A stretch of DNA of 64,000 nt. It comes from Candidatus Eiseniibacteriota bacterium. Its GTDB lineage: Bacteria; Eisenbacteria; RBG-16-71-46. The stretch lies in NCBI GenBank assembly GCA_963717935.1, contig CAVQXP010000004.1, positions 388,898-452,897 on the forward strand. The letters are read 5' to 3'. Positions within the stretch are counted from its first letter, which is position 1. Each line of letters opens with the position of its first letter. The position numbers and the translations under genes were made by a program. Below, in pieces: positions 18,111 through 26,757 of the stretch. Under the pieces are notes generated by a model, which worked only from the letters and a program-made list of their open reading frames with translations, was not told the origin of the DNA and did no database searches.

Positions 18111-19510
18111 TCGACGAGGACCTGCTCTACGCCGGCATCACCGGGCTCTCGACCCGCATCCGCGCGCGGCGGCTCTCGCCGGTCGAACTCACCGAGGCCT
18201 ACCTCGAGCGCATCCAGCGCCTCTCCCCCGTCCTGAACGCGTTCGAGACGGTGGCCGGTGACGTCGCGCTCATGCAGGCGCGCCTGGCCGAGAGCGACCT
18301 CAAGCTGGGCCACTGGCACGGACCGCTGCACGGCGTCCCGTGGGGCGCCAAGGACCTCCTGGCGACGGCCGGCCTGCGCACCACCTGGGGCGCGGCGCCG
18401 CTCAAGGAGCAGGTGTTCGACTTCGACGCGACGGTGGTCACGCGCCTGCGCGAAGCGGGCGCGGTGCTGCTCGGCAAGTGCGCGATGGTCGAACTCGCGG
18501 GCGGGCTGGGCTACCGCTTCGCCGACGCCTCGGTGAGCGGCCCCGGCCGCAACCCGTGGGACCCGAAGCGCTGGACCGGCGGCTCGTCCTCGGGCTCGGG
18601 TGCGGCGGTCGCGGCCGGGCTCGCGACCTTCGCGCTCGGCACCGAGACCTGGGGCTCCATCCTCTGCCCCTCGGCGTTCTGCGGGCTCACGGGCCTCAGG
18701 CCCACCTACGGTCGCGTGAGCCGCGCGGGCGCGATGGCGTGCTCGTGGACCTTCGACAAGGTGGGGCCGCTCGCGCGCTCGGCCGCCGACTGCCGGCACG
18801 TGCTCGGCGCCATCGCCGGGGCCGACCCCGACGACCCCTCGTCGTCGAGCGAGCCGGTGGACCTCAAGCCGCGGCGCCTCGACCTCGCCCGGCTGAAGGC
18901 AGCGCTCGTACCGCTCGATTTCTCGGTGAAGGGCGCCGAGCCCGAGGTGAAGGAGGCCTTCGATGCGGCCGTCGCCCAGTTGCGCGCGGCGGGGCTGCGG
19001 CTCGAAGAGGCGAAACTGCCCGCGCTGCCCGCCAGCGAGGTGGCGGGGATCCTGATCGCGGACGAGGCGCTCTCGGCCTTCGAGAAGCTCTATCAGGACG
19101 GGAGCGTGAAGCGGCTCCGGGATCCCTATGCCGCCTACCAGCCCGGGATCAACGCGGCCGTCACCGGCGCCGACCTGGTCAAGGCCTGGCGCATCCGGCG
19201 CGCGCTGCAGGAGAAGATGGGGGAGTTCTTCGCCGAGTACGACGTCCTCGTGACGCCCAACTTCCTGTCGGTGGCGCCGCGCATCGAGGACGACCTCGCC
19301 CGGGCGCTGCCCTACGCCGACCCGGTGGGCGCGATCGGCAACACCTGCGGGCTGCCCGCGCTCGCGCTGCCCTGCGGCTTCGGCCGGGACCACCTGCCCG
19401 TCGGTTTCCAGGTCATGGGCCCGCCCTTCAGCGAGGGCCTGCTGCTCGACCTGGGCGAGGCCTATCAGAAGCGCACGAGCTGGCACCTGGAGAGGCCGCC
19501 GCTGCAGTGA
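18107..19510 (+). CDS. Amidase (amidase-signature family, GatA-like)
   Basis: GGSSSGSGAAVAAG…GTETWGS signature and K…S…S catalytic spacing. It has no signal peptide of its own. An alternative ATG at 18086 exists. Confidence 0.85.
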   Translation: MIDEDLLYAGITGLSTRIRARRLSPVELTEAYLERIQRLSPVLNAFETVAGDVALMQARLAESDLKLGHWHGPLHGVPWGAKDLLATAGLRTTWGAAPLKEQVFDFDATVVTRLREAGAVLLGKCAMVELAGGLGYRFADASVSGPGRNPWDPKRWTGGSSSGSGAAVAAGLATFALGTETWGSILCPSAFCGLTGLRPTYGRVSRAGAMACSWTFDKVGPLARSAADCRHVLGAIAGADPDDPSSSSEPVDLKPRRLDLARLKAALVPLDFSVKGAEPEVKEAFDAAVAQLRAAGLRLEEAKLPALPASEVAGILIADEALSAFEKLYQDGSVKRLRDPYAAYQPGINAAVTGADLVKAWRIRRALQEKMGEFFAEYDVLVTPNFLSVAPRIEDDLARALPYADPVGAIGNTCGLPALALPCGFGRDHLPVGFQVMGPPFSEGLLLDLGEAYQKRTSWHLERPPLQ

Positions 19511-19578
19511 GGCGCGGGGCCGGACCGTCGCCGGGCCCGGTGGCGGGAACGAGGAAGCCGCGGTTCCCGGGCGGGCGC

Positions 19579-21471
19579 CTACAGCATCTCCTTCAGCTTG
19601 ATCCTGATCCTCTTCGCCTTCCCGGCCCGCACGATGGCGAGCGTGTGCGTGCTGCCCTCGGCGCCTTCATCGAGGATCGCTGCGACCCGTTCGAGGCCGA
19701 GTTCCAGGATCGGCTCGCCGTCGAGTTCCGACACCACGTCCTCCGCCTGCAACCCCGCCCTCGCGGCCGCCGAGCCCGCGAGCACGTACGCCACCTTCAC
19801 CGTGTCCGCGTGACGCACGAGCTGGATCCCGGATCGCGTCATCGGATCGCGGCGCGCGTAGAGCTTGCCGGGCTCGAGCCACATCTGCCGCCGCTCGTAG
19901 TCGAGCGTCACCTTGAAGCGCTCGAGGATCCGGTTGCCGACGTTGCCGGCGTAGTCCTCGCTCGTGAACGCGCCCGCCGTGGCCTGCGAGAGCGAGACCA
20001 CGGGGTCCGCCCACGAGTAGGGCCCGATCTCGAGCTTCTTCATGCGCACGATGCGCGTCGTGAACGTGCCCCCGAACCCGCCGCCCATCACCTCGATGCC
20101 GCGCCCGGCCCCCGCCATGAGGTCGTGCCGCTTCACGAACGGCGTATGCAAATCCACGGTGGAGCCGCTGCCCACGTCCACGCGGAAGTCGCCCGCGATC
20201 CCGTCGTCGAGCTTCATCGTCACCACCGGCGTGTGCCCGGCCAGCGTCATGGGGATCGCCGCGCCCTGCCCCGCGTACCGGAAGGTCTTCGGGTCGTGGA
20301 GCGTGAGCTGGCGGGCGTCGAAGTCGAGCTCGTTCACGAAGCGGTTGATGAAGTCGAAACCGATCACACCGGCGCAATCCCGCCAGAAGAACGGCGCGAG
20401 GATCGTGTTCACGCTCAGCACGGCGACGCGGGCATCCTTCACCTCGATGCCATCGCCGTCCGCGGCAACGACCGCGAGCGACGAGAGCGCCGCGAACGAG
20501 GCGCTGCCCGTCGCGCCCGCGCCCTGCCCCTGCTGCAGGCCCTCGGTCCGAAGCCCGATCTTCGCGGCGTAGGCGCTGTCGATGACCGTGATGCTCGCGC
20601 CCGTATCGAAGATGAAGTCCGCCGGCGGGCCGCCGTTCACGGACGCCCGAAGCCACACGTGGCGCGCCTGGTAATCGAAGGGCAGGCGTGCCACGCCCGG
20701 CGTCTTCAGGTAGCGCACGGCTCCCCGGTCCGAGGGCGGCGCGAACATGCCCGCCGGGAGCTCCTCGTTCACCCAGACCGAGTCGAGCGTCACCTTGATC
20801 GTGTTCATGGGCTGGCCCACGACCTCGGTGGTCGAGTGGAAGGACATCATGCGCCGGCCCACGAGGCGGTAGTCGCCGAGACGGGTGACGGTGGTCCGCT
20901 GGTCGTTCTTCGAGATGGACTTCGTGATCAGGCCGGTCTTCAGGTCGAAGTACACACGGCGCGCGCGACCCGCGGGCGGCGTCAGTTCGAGCACGGCGTA
21001 GCGCCCGGCGGAGTCGGACTCCTCGCCCGCGTAGCCCACCGAGCCGCCCCCCTGGTCCGGGAGCAGGTAGCCGTCCGAGTCGAACCAGGCGCCGCCCCGG
21101 GCGTCCTCGAGGTCCTTGCCATCGAGCTTCAGGACCTTGCCGCCCGGGTCCGTGCGCCAGCCGGCCTGGCCGTCGCAGCCCGTGCTCATCTTGAGCGGGC
21201 CGATCTCGAAGCGGGCCAGGTAGCGGTCGGGACGCACCATCCACGCCTCGATCACACCCTTCATCATGAACGCCTCGATCGTGGAGCGCGTGTGCACGGA
21301 GCGGTCGTCGAGCAACTCCTGCCCGCCCATGGCCTGCAGGTAGCGCTCGAGCACGGGCTGCGCCTCGGGCGCGACGGCGGCGCGCGCCGCCGGGACGGCA
21401 AGGAACAGGGCGGCGAGGACCGCGCACGAGAGCGCAGGATGCGTGAGGCGTCGCAGGGCCACGGGGATCAT
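19579..21471 (-). CDS. Secreted tandem retropepsin-like aspartic peptidase with C-terminal PDZ domain
   Basis: ATG at 21471 lies 5 nt after GGAGG; signal peptide MIPVALRRLTHPALSCAVLAALFLAVPAARA. The first domain has FIFDTGASITVID (D-T/S-G-A). The second has a degenerate RVDVGSGSTVD. The C-terminus carries a PDZ GLGF-like region (…VLAGSAAARAGLQAEDVV…). Confidence 0.75.
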   Translation of the reverse strand: MIPVALRRLTHPALSCAVLAALFLAVPAARAAVAPEAQPVLERYLQAMGGQELLDDRSVHTRSTIEAFMMKGVIEAWMVRPDRYLARFEIGPLKMSTGCDGQAGWRTDPGGKVLKLDGKDLEDARGGAWFDSDGYLLPDQGGGSVGYAGEESDSAGRYAVLELTPPAGRARRVYFDLKTGLITKSISKNDQRTTVTRLGDYRLVGRRMMSFHSTTEVVGQPMNTIKVTLDSVWVNEELPAGMFAPPSDRGAVRYLKTPGVARLPFDYQARHVWLRASVNGGPPADFIFDTGASITVIDSAYAAKIGLRTEGLQQGQGAGATGSASFAALSSLAVVAADGDGIEVKDARVAVLSVNTILAPFFWRDCAGVIGFDFINRFVNELDFDARQLTLHDPKTFRYAGQGAAIPMTLAGHTPVVTMKLDDGIAGDFRVDVGSGSTVDLHTPFVKRHDLMAGAGRGIEVMGGGFGGTFTTRIVRMKKLEIGPYSWADPVVSLSQATAGAFTSEDYAGNVGNRILERFKVTLDYERRQMWLEPGKLYARRDPMTRSGIQLVRHADTVKVAYVLAGSAAARAGLQAEDVVSELDGEPILELGLERVAAILDEGAEGSTHTLAIVRAGKAKRIRIKLKEML

Positions 21472-21625
21472 GACGTCCTCCTTCCGGGGTTTGCAGAGGA
21501 TTGACGACGCGCAGCATAACGTGCGCTGCGCCGGCGGGCGAGTCGCGCGCGCTTGCGGGCGCACGGCTCCGGTCCCTATGCTCCGGCCCGTCGCCCATCC
21601 GCTCCCCATCTCAAGGAGGAATACG
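21472..21625. promoter_or_regulatory. Divergent promoter region with strong SD boxes on both sides (GGAGG for the minus gene, AAGGAGGA for the plus gene)
   Basis: Both ribosome-binding sites were read directly from the sequence at 21476-21480 (complement) and 21614-21621. Confidence 0.4.
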
Positions 21626-22111
21626 ATGCTCAGGAGACTGCTGGTGATCGGCGCCTTTGTCCTGCTCCCCCTGGCCGCGCACGCCGCCTCGCCCGTCGTC
21701 ACCGCCTTCGGACCCAGGGCGGGCGCGAGCATCGATCCGGACCAGCTCGTTCTCGGCGGGCAGCTCTCCCTGCGGGAGTTCGCGCCCGACTGGTCGTTCG
21801 ACCCGAGCCTCGAGCTCGGCTTCGGCGACAACCTGACCGCCATCGCCTTCAATCTCGATGCTTACTACCACCTGCGACTGGCGGGGTCCGACTGGCGGCC
21901 CTACCTGGGCGGCGGACTGGGCGTGAACTTCTTCAGCTGGGACGCGCCGCTCGGCGTGCGCGACGCCAGCGACACCGAGATCGGGCTGAACGCGGTGGCC
22001 GGCTTCACCATCCCCGCGGGCCCGGGCGACCACTGGTTCACCGAGCTGCGCTTCGGCATCGGCGACATCCCGACCCTGAAGATCATCGGGGGCTTCAACT
22101 TCGGCAGGTAG
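21626..22111 (+). CDS. Small secreted / outer-membrane beta-barrel protein (161 aa)
   Basis: AAGGAGGA box 5 nt upstream of the ATG. Signal peptide MLRRLLVIGAFVLLPLAAHA precedes alternating beta-strands with aromatic girdle residues. Confidence 0.6.
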   Translation: MLRRLLVIGAFVLLPLAAHAASPVVTAFGPRAGASIDPDQLVLGGQLSLREFAPDWSFDPSLELGFGDNLTAIAFNLDAYYHLRLAGSDWRPYLGGGLGVNFFSWDAPLGVRDASDTEIGLNAVAGFTIPAGPGDHWFTELRFGIGDIPTLKIIGGFNFGR

Positions 22112-22149
22112 CGGGGCGGGGCGGACGTCCGGGCACCTGCAGATGCGTG

Positions 22150-22183
22150 CCGGGCCGGCGCGGGGTCTCCCGCGCCGGCCCGG
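22150..22183. terminator. Perfect 15-bp palindrome (CCGGGCCGGCGCGGG-gtct-CCCGCGCCGGCCCGG), a bidirectional terminator candidate
   Basis: Read directly from the sequence; it lies between convergent gene ends (22111 plus, 22205 minus). Confidence 0.45.
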
Positions 22184-22204
22184 TCCTTCCAGGCCCCGGA
22201 GGGC

Positions 22205-24121
22205 TCACTCTCCCTCGGGCCGCCCGCCGGCCAGGACCATCTCCAGGTGCGCGAGGAAGGGCTCGGGCGGGATGAAGCCGAAGATCCGCGCGTCCTGCAC
22301 CTCGGCCCCGCCACGCCCGAAGAACACGATCTCCGGCACGCCGGTCACCCCGTAGCGCGTCCGCAGCGTCCTGGAGCCGGGCGAGTCGTAGCGCGTCAGA
22401 TCCACCTTGAACACCGCGAAGTCGCGCGAGCGCTCGATCACCCTGCGGTCGGTGAAGGTCGAGCGGTCGAGTTCGTGGCAGGGAACGCACCAGTCGGCCG
22501 AGAACTCGAGCATCACGGGCCGACCCGCCGCAAGCGCGGCCCGCATCGCCGCCTCGTCGTACGACTGGAAGCGGATGCCTTCGGCACGCAGCATCATCAC
22601 GACCGGGATGCTCGCCAGCACGGCGAGCGTTCCCAGCGCCCGCTTGAACACCCGGAAGCCGCGCTTCGCCGAGCCGTGCCGGTCCACGAAGCCCAGGTAG
22701 AGGCCGCCCAGGACCAGCGCCACCGGCAGGATCCACGCCGCGAGGCGCGGGGCCAGCCCGATGAGCGCGTAGTACAGGCCGATCGCGGCGAGCAGGATGC
22801 CGAAGAGCTTCTTCACCCACAGCATCCAGTCGCCCGAGCGTGGCAGGCTCTGGATGAGGTTCGAGAACAACGCCAGGAACAGGTACGGCAGGCCCAGGCC
22901 CAGCGACATCGCGAACATGGTCTGGAAGCCGAACAGCGCGTCGCCCCGCTGTGCCAGCAGGGCCAGCACCGCGACCACGAAGGGCCCCACGCAGGGCGCG
23001 GCGATGATCCCGACCGCGAGCCCCGAGAGGAAGATGCCGAGCAGCGACGTCGCATCGGCCCCGCCCAGGCGCTGGAGCACCCACGTCGGCGGCTGCATCT
23101 CGTAGAGACCGAACATGGACAGCGACAGCACGATGAAGAGCAGGCCGAGCCCGACGTTCACCAGCGGGTTCTGCAGGGCCGAGCCGAACAGGCCGCCCGT
23201 CAGCGCCGCCACCACGCCGAGCACCGAGTAGGTGACGGCGATGCCCAGCACGTAGGCGACCGCGTGGGCGAGCACCTTCACGGGTCGCTCGCGGCGGCGC
23301 GCGCCGAAGACCGAGACCGTGATGCCGAGCATCGGGAACACGCAGGGCGTGAGGTTGAGCGCCAACCCGCCGAGGAAGAGTGCGAGGAACCACCAGAGGC
23401 CGCCCTTCTCGAGCGCGCCCAGCAGCCGGCGGCTGGCCTCCGACTGCACGCCGGCCGGCGCGCCGCCGTCTCCGCGCGCGGCCGTGTCCGCCTGCGTCAC
23501 GCCGGCCGCGGGGTCCGCGGCGATGGCACCCGCCGTGTCGGAGGCCGCCGATTCCGTCGCGGGCGGCGGGGCGGCGCCGGGCGCGCCGCCGCCGGTCACG
23601 GTGACCTCGAGCGTGAAGGGTACGCTCGCCGGGGCGAGGCAGACCTCGTCGTTGCACGACTGGAACCGCACGCTGCCCGCGAGCGCGTGGACACCGTTCG
23701 CAGCGGTCCGAGCGACCGCCAGTGCCACCTTCAGCGTGACCTGTCCGCTGTAGACCGAGAGCGGATTCTCGTCGAAGGCGAGCTCCACGGATTCACCGGC
23801 CGGGTACGTCGTCAGGCCCGGAGTCACGCCGGCGGTCCCGCGCAGCGTCACCGTGGTCGGGATGAGATAGTCGGGCGAGGGCGGGTTGGCATTGACGTGC
23901 CATCCCCCGGCGATCTCGAGCGTGACGAGGGCCTCGGTCCGCGCGCCGGCGGCGAGGGTGAGCGGCGCGGCGGCCGCCTTCACCAGCGTCGCGGCCTGCG
24001 GTGGAGCGCCCCCCGGGGCCCCCTGCGCGCGGGCGGGCGATCCCCAGGCAAGCGCGAGGGCGAGCAGGGGCGCGGTCATCGTCCACTTCGTCCAGCGGCC
24101 CAGCGGCTTCTTCGACTTCAT
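22205..24121 (-). CDS. dsbD: Thiol:disulfide interchange protein DsbD (N-terminal DsbD-alpha, CcdA-like TM core, C-terminal thioredoxin)
   Basis: FQSCNDEVC (alpha-domain Cys pair), NLTPCVFPML (TM Cys pair) and WCVPCHE (thioredoxin CxxC). The ATG at 24121 gives signal peptide MKSKKPLGRW…ALALAWG and a GGAGGG box. Confidence 0.85.
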   Translation of the reverse strand: MKSKKPLGRWTKWTMTAPLLALALAWGSPARAQGAPGGAPPQAATLVKAAAAPLTLAAGARTEALVTLEIAGGWHVNANPPSPDYLIPTTVTLRGTAGVTPGLTTYPAGESVELAFDENPLSVYSGQVTLKVALAVARTAANGVHALAGSVRFQSCNDEVCLAPASVPFTLEVTVTGGGAPGAAPPPATESAASDTAGAIAADPAAGVTQADTAARGDGGAPAGVQSEASRRLLGALEKGGLWWFLALFLGGLALNLTPCVFPMLGITVSVFGARRRERPVKVLAHAVAYVLGIAVTYSVLGVVAALTGGLFGSALQNPLVNVGLGLLFIVLSLSMFGLYEMQPPTWVLQRLGGADATSLLGIFLSGLAVGIIAAPCVGPFVVAVLALLAQRGDALFGFQTMFAMSLGLGLPYLFLALFSNLIQSLPRSGDWMLWVKKLFGILLAAIGLYYALIGLAPRLAAWILPVALVLGGLYLGFVDRHGSAKRGFRVFKRALGTLAVLASIPVVMMLRAEGIRFQSYDEAAMRAALAAGRPVMLEFSADWCVPCHELDRSTFTDRRVIERSRDFAVFKVDLTRYDSPGSRTLRTRYGVTGVPEIVFFGRGGAEVQDARIFGFIPPEPFLAHLEMVLAGGRPEGE

Positions 24122-24424
24122 CGTCCCTCCAGCCTCGGGTCTACGAGCCTTCGTCCAGCAGCGCGGCGACCACCTGCGTCCGTCAGGGCGGACGGCAGGC
24201 ATCGTCCACGCGCACGTGCGCGGCCGGCCGCCCTTCCTGCGGGGTGAGAGCCGCGGCGAAGGGCGCAAGATCCGCGAGCCGCCGACCACGCCCGGCCCGG
24301 GCGGTCCCCGCCGACCACCCACGATAGTACCCGAACACGCGTCCGCCGGGTGGAGGCTGGAGCAGCCAGGGACTTCTCTCGTGGACCGGGTGGCCGGGCC
24401 CACGCGCGGCGCCCGGCAGCCGCC

Positions 24425-24982
24425 TCAGCGCCGCGCGGTCCGGAGCGCCTGCGAATCCCCGCTCCAGTGGTAGACCGCGAGCCCGGCCCACCAGGCGAAG
24501 GGCAACCCCGCCAGGACGAGGCCCGCGAACACGAACGGGTCGGAGAACGCGGAGAGTTCGAGCGCGAACCGCGGTGCGGCCCATCGCTGCATGAACGCCG
24601 CCATGGCCGGGCTCGCCAGCGTCTGGAACGTGACGGCCGCGAAGCGCGCGAGTGTCGGGTACTGCCACAGCACGAGCGCGCCGAGCGCCAGCGAGAGCGC
24701 GGTGGCCGGCTCGGCCGCCGCGCGCACCCACCAGGGCAGCACCTCCGGCTCGATCCAGGTGAGCCGCCGCGCCAGCCGGGCGCGGGCCACGCGCTCCATC
24801 ACCCGCGCGGTGAAGTCCGCCGGGGCCACGATGGCGGACCGCTCGAGCGCCGCGTCGAGCGCACGGGCGGCCGCCAGGACCGCGCCACAACGCGCGCAGG
24901 ACACCGCGTGCGCGTGTCCCGCCGCGCCCGCCGTCTCCCCCATGCCCTCGTTCAGCCAGCGCTCGAAACGCGCGCAGTCCAT
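24425..24982 (-). CDS. Anti-sigma factor, zf-HC2 zinc-finger type, membrane anchored
   Basis: MDCARFERWL…HAHAVSCARCGA is the H-x3-C-x2-C zinc motif of ChrR/RsrA-type anti-sigmas, followed by C-terminal TM helices. Its ATG overlaps the sigma gene stop (TGATG). Confidence 0.7.
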   Translation of the reverse strand: MDCARFERWLNEGMGETAGAAGHAHAVSCARCGAVLAAARALDAALERSAIVAPADFTARVMERVARARLARRLTWIEPEVLPWWVRAAAEPATALSLALGALVLWQYPTLARFAAVTFQTLASPAMAAFMQRWAAPRFALELSAFSDPFVFAGLVLAGLPFAWWAGLAVYHWSGDSQALRTARR

Positions 24983-25557
24983 CACGGTCCTTCCTTCTGC
25001 CAGGCCGCCCGCAGTGCCGCGCGCGCGCGCGCCAGATGCGTCTTCACTGTGTTCTCCGGCATCCCCAGGATCGCAGCCGCCTGTTCCACCGACCGGTCCT
25101 CGTAGTAGTACAGCGTCACCGTCATCCGTTGCGCCGCGGGCAACCTCATCACCAGCCGCTCGAGGCGGCGCCCGCGGGTCGCGGTCTCGAGATCCCCCGG
25201 GGCCACCAGCGCCGGATCCGGCAGGCTCGCGGCCTCTTCCACCTCCACTTCGCGCCCGCGCCGCGCCTTCAGTTCGCTCAAGCGGTCCAGGGCCCGGCGC
25301 GCCACGATGCGATGCAGCCAGGTCGCGAAGCTCGATTCGCCCCGGAAGCGCGCCAGCGCGAGCCACGCGCGCACGAACGCGTCCTGCGCCACTTCTTCCG
25401 CGTCCGCGGGTGAGCGCGTGATGCGCAGGGCGAGCCCGTAGGCCCGGTCCTGGTGCAGCACCACCAACTCGCGAAACGCGGCCTGATCGCCGCCCCGCGC
25501 GCGCTCGACCAGCGAGCGGATGAGCGCCTCCTGGGCGTCGGGCCGCACGGGGTCCAT
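24982..25557 (-). CDS. ECF (group 4) RNA polymerase sigma-70 factor
   Basis: Region 2 (…FRELVVLHQDRAYGLALRITRSPADAEEVAQDAFVRAW…) and region 4 (…VTLYYYEDRSVEQAAAILGMPENTVKTHLARAR…) motifs. I chose ATG at 25557 over the ORF-track TTG at 25596. Confidence 0.85.
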   Translation of the reverse strand: MDPVRPDAQEALIRSLVERARGGDQAAFRELVVLHQDRAYGLALRITRSPADAEEVAQDAFVRAWLALARFRGESSFATWLHRIVARRALDRLSELKARRGREVEVEEAASLPDPALVAPGDLETATRGRRLERLVMRLPAAQRMTVTLYYYEDRSVEQAAAILGMPENTVKTHLARARAALRAAWQKEGP

Positions 25558-25734
25558 CGCCCCCTTGGACCGGTCCTGCGGGTCGTCCGGTTTCAAGTTC
25601 CTGGCAGCCCTCCGGGGAACGTTTTCCTGAAACCCGCCGGCCGGGAAGCCCGGTCCAAGCCGGTGGAGCGAGGAACCCGGGCCGGATCACCCCGGCCACG
25701 GGCCATCTTAGACCAGAACGGAGGTCAACAGACC

Positions 25735-26172
25735 ATGTTCGCATTCCAGGGGTTCGGACCCGATGTCTTCGTGCCGTTCCTGGTGTTCTCCATCCCCATC
25801 ATCGCCATCGTCGGCGGCATCACCGCGGGGATCGTGAAGACCATCAGCCGTCACCGGCTCGTCGAGTTGGCCCAGCGCGAGCGCATCGCCATGATCGAGC
25901 ACGGCCTGGATCCCTCGAAGCTCCCGCCCCTGCCGCTGAGCGAGATCGCCGACGCCACGCCCCTCATGTCGCAGGCGGACGCCGCGCGGCATCGCTCCCA
26001 GGGCCTGATGATCGGCGGGCTGGTGACGCTGGCCGTGGGGATCTCGCTGGGCGTGCTCCTCTACAACGTCGCGGGCGAGCCGGGGGTCTGGTCCGTGGGG
26101 CTCATCCCGGCCGCCATCGGCGTCGCCCTGATCCTGAGCGCCTTCCTCGTGCGGCCGAAGAACGGCAGCTAG
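25735..26172 (+). CDS. Small 3-TM membrane protein, paralog A (uncharacterised; PspB-like N-terminal helix)
   Basis: The ATG lies 11 nt after GGAGG. N-terminal TM FVPFLVFSIPIIAIVGGITAGIVKTISRH is followed by an RERIAMIEHG helix and two C-terminal TMs. It lies divergent from the ECF sigma operon. Confidence 0.6.
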   Translation: MFAFQGFGPDVFVPFLVFSIPIIAIVGGITAGIVKTISRHRLVELAQRERIAMIEHGLDPSKLPPLPLSEIADATPLMSQADAARHRSQGLMIGGLVTLAVGISLGVLLYNVAGEPGVWSVGLIPAAIGVALILSAFLVRPKNGS

Positions 26173-26181
26173 GGGACGGCC

Positions 26182-26643
26182 ATGGTCCTCTTCGACGAAG
26201 ACGTCTTCGTGCCCTTCCTGGTGTTCGCGGTCCCGATCATCGCCGTCGCCGGCGGCATCCTGGCGGGCATCATCAAGACCATCAGCCGACACCACCTCAT
26301 GGAGGTGGCCGTGCGCGAGCGCATGGCGCTCCTCGCGCGGGGCGTGGATCCGGCGCGGATCCCGTCGCTGTCGGCCGGCGCGGCCCACGGGCTCTTCCCG
26401 GCTCTCTCGTTCACCGATCTCTCGCGGTTCCGCGCGCAGGGGCTCTTCATCGGTGGCCTCGTGACGCTCCTGGGCGGGATCGCCTTCGGCGTGTTCCTGG
26501 GCCTGACCGAGTCGTGGGAGTCGCGCGAGTGGACTCTCGCGCTGGTGCCCGTCGCCATCGGCATCGCCCTGCTCGTCAGCGGCCTGATCGTGCGGGCGCA
26601 GGGCGGGGACGGGGTCGCGAGCACTCCCTCGCGGGTGACGTAG
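26182..26643 (+). CDS. Small 3-TM membrane protein, paralog B (tandem duplicate of the previous gene)
   Basis: Same architecture and near-identical N-terminus (FVPFLVFAVPIIAVAGGILAGIIKTISRH…RERMALLARG) 9 nt downstream of paralog A. Confidence 0.6.
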   Translation: MVLFDEDVFVPFLVFAVPIIAVAGGILAGIIKTISRHHLMEVAVRERMALLARGVDPARIPSLSAGAAHGLFPALSFTDLSRFRAQGLFIGGLVTLLGGIAFGVFLGLTESWESREWTLALVPVAIGIALLVSGLIVRAQGGDGVASTPSRVT

Positions 26644-26757
26644 GGCGCTGCGGGAGACGTTCGCCGCGCCACGACGACGCTCAAATCGAAGGGCCCCCGG
26701 CGGGGGGCCCTTTCGCGTCCGGAGCCAGGACTCGCCCCGGGAACCGCGCCGGTCAGG

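Noticed and set aside
18340-21598. 1054-aa plus ORF and 643-aa minus ORF overlapping the amidase and aspartic-protease genes
   Set aside because: They lie in alternative frames, are Arg/Gly/Pro-rich with no motifs, and the true genes in the other frames have clear signatures.
24183-24890. 235-aa minus-strand ORF in the dsbD / anti-sigma gap
   Set aside because: It is in a different frame from the anti-sigma gene it overlaps, is Arg/Gly-rich and has no SD; I treat 24122..24424 as promoter/UTR.
24425-25744. 439-aa ORF as a single protein
   Set aside because: It actually comprises an ECF sigma and an anti-sigma gene in different frames joined by the track's long-ORF logic plus an upstream artefactual extension. 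The sigma ends with a TGA that overlaps the anti-sigma ATG.
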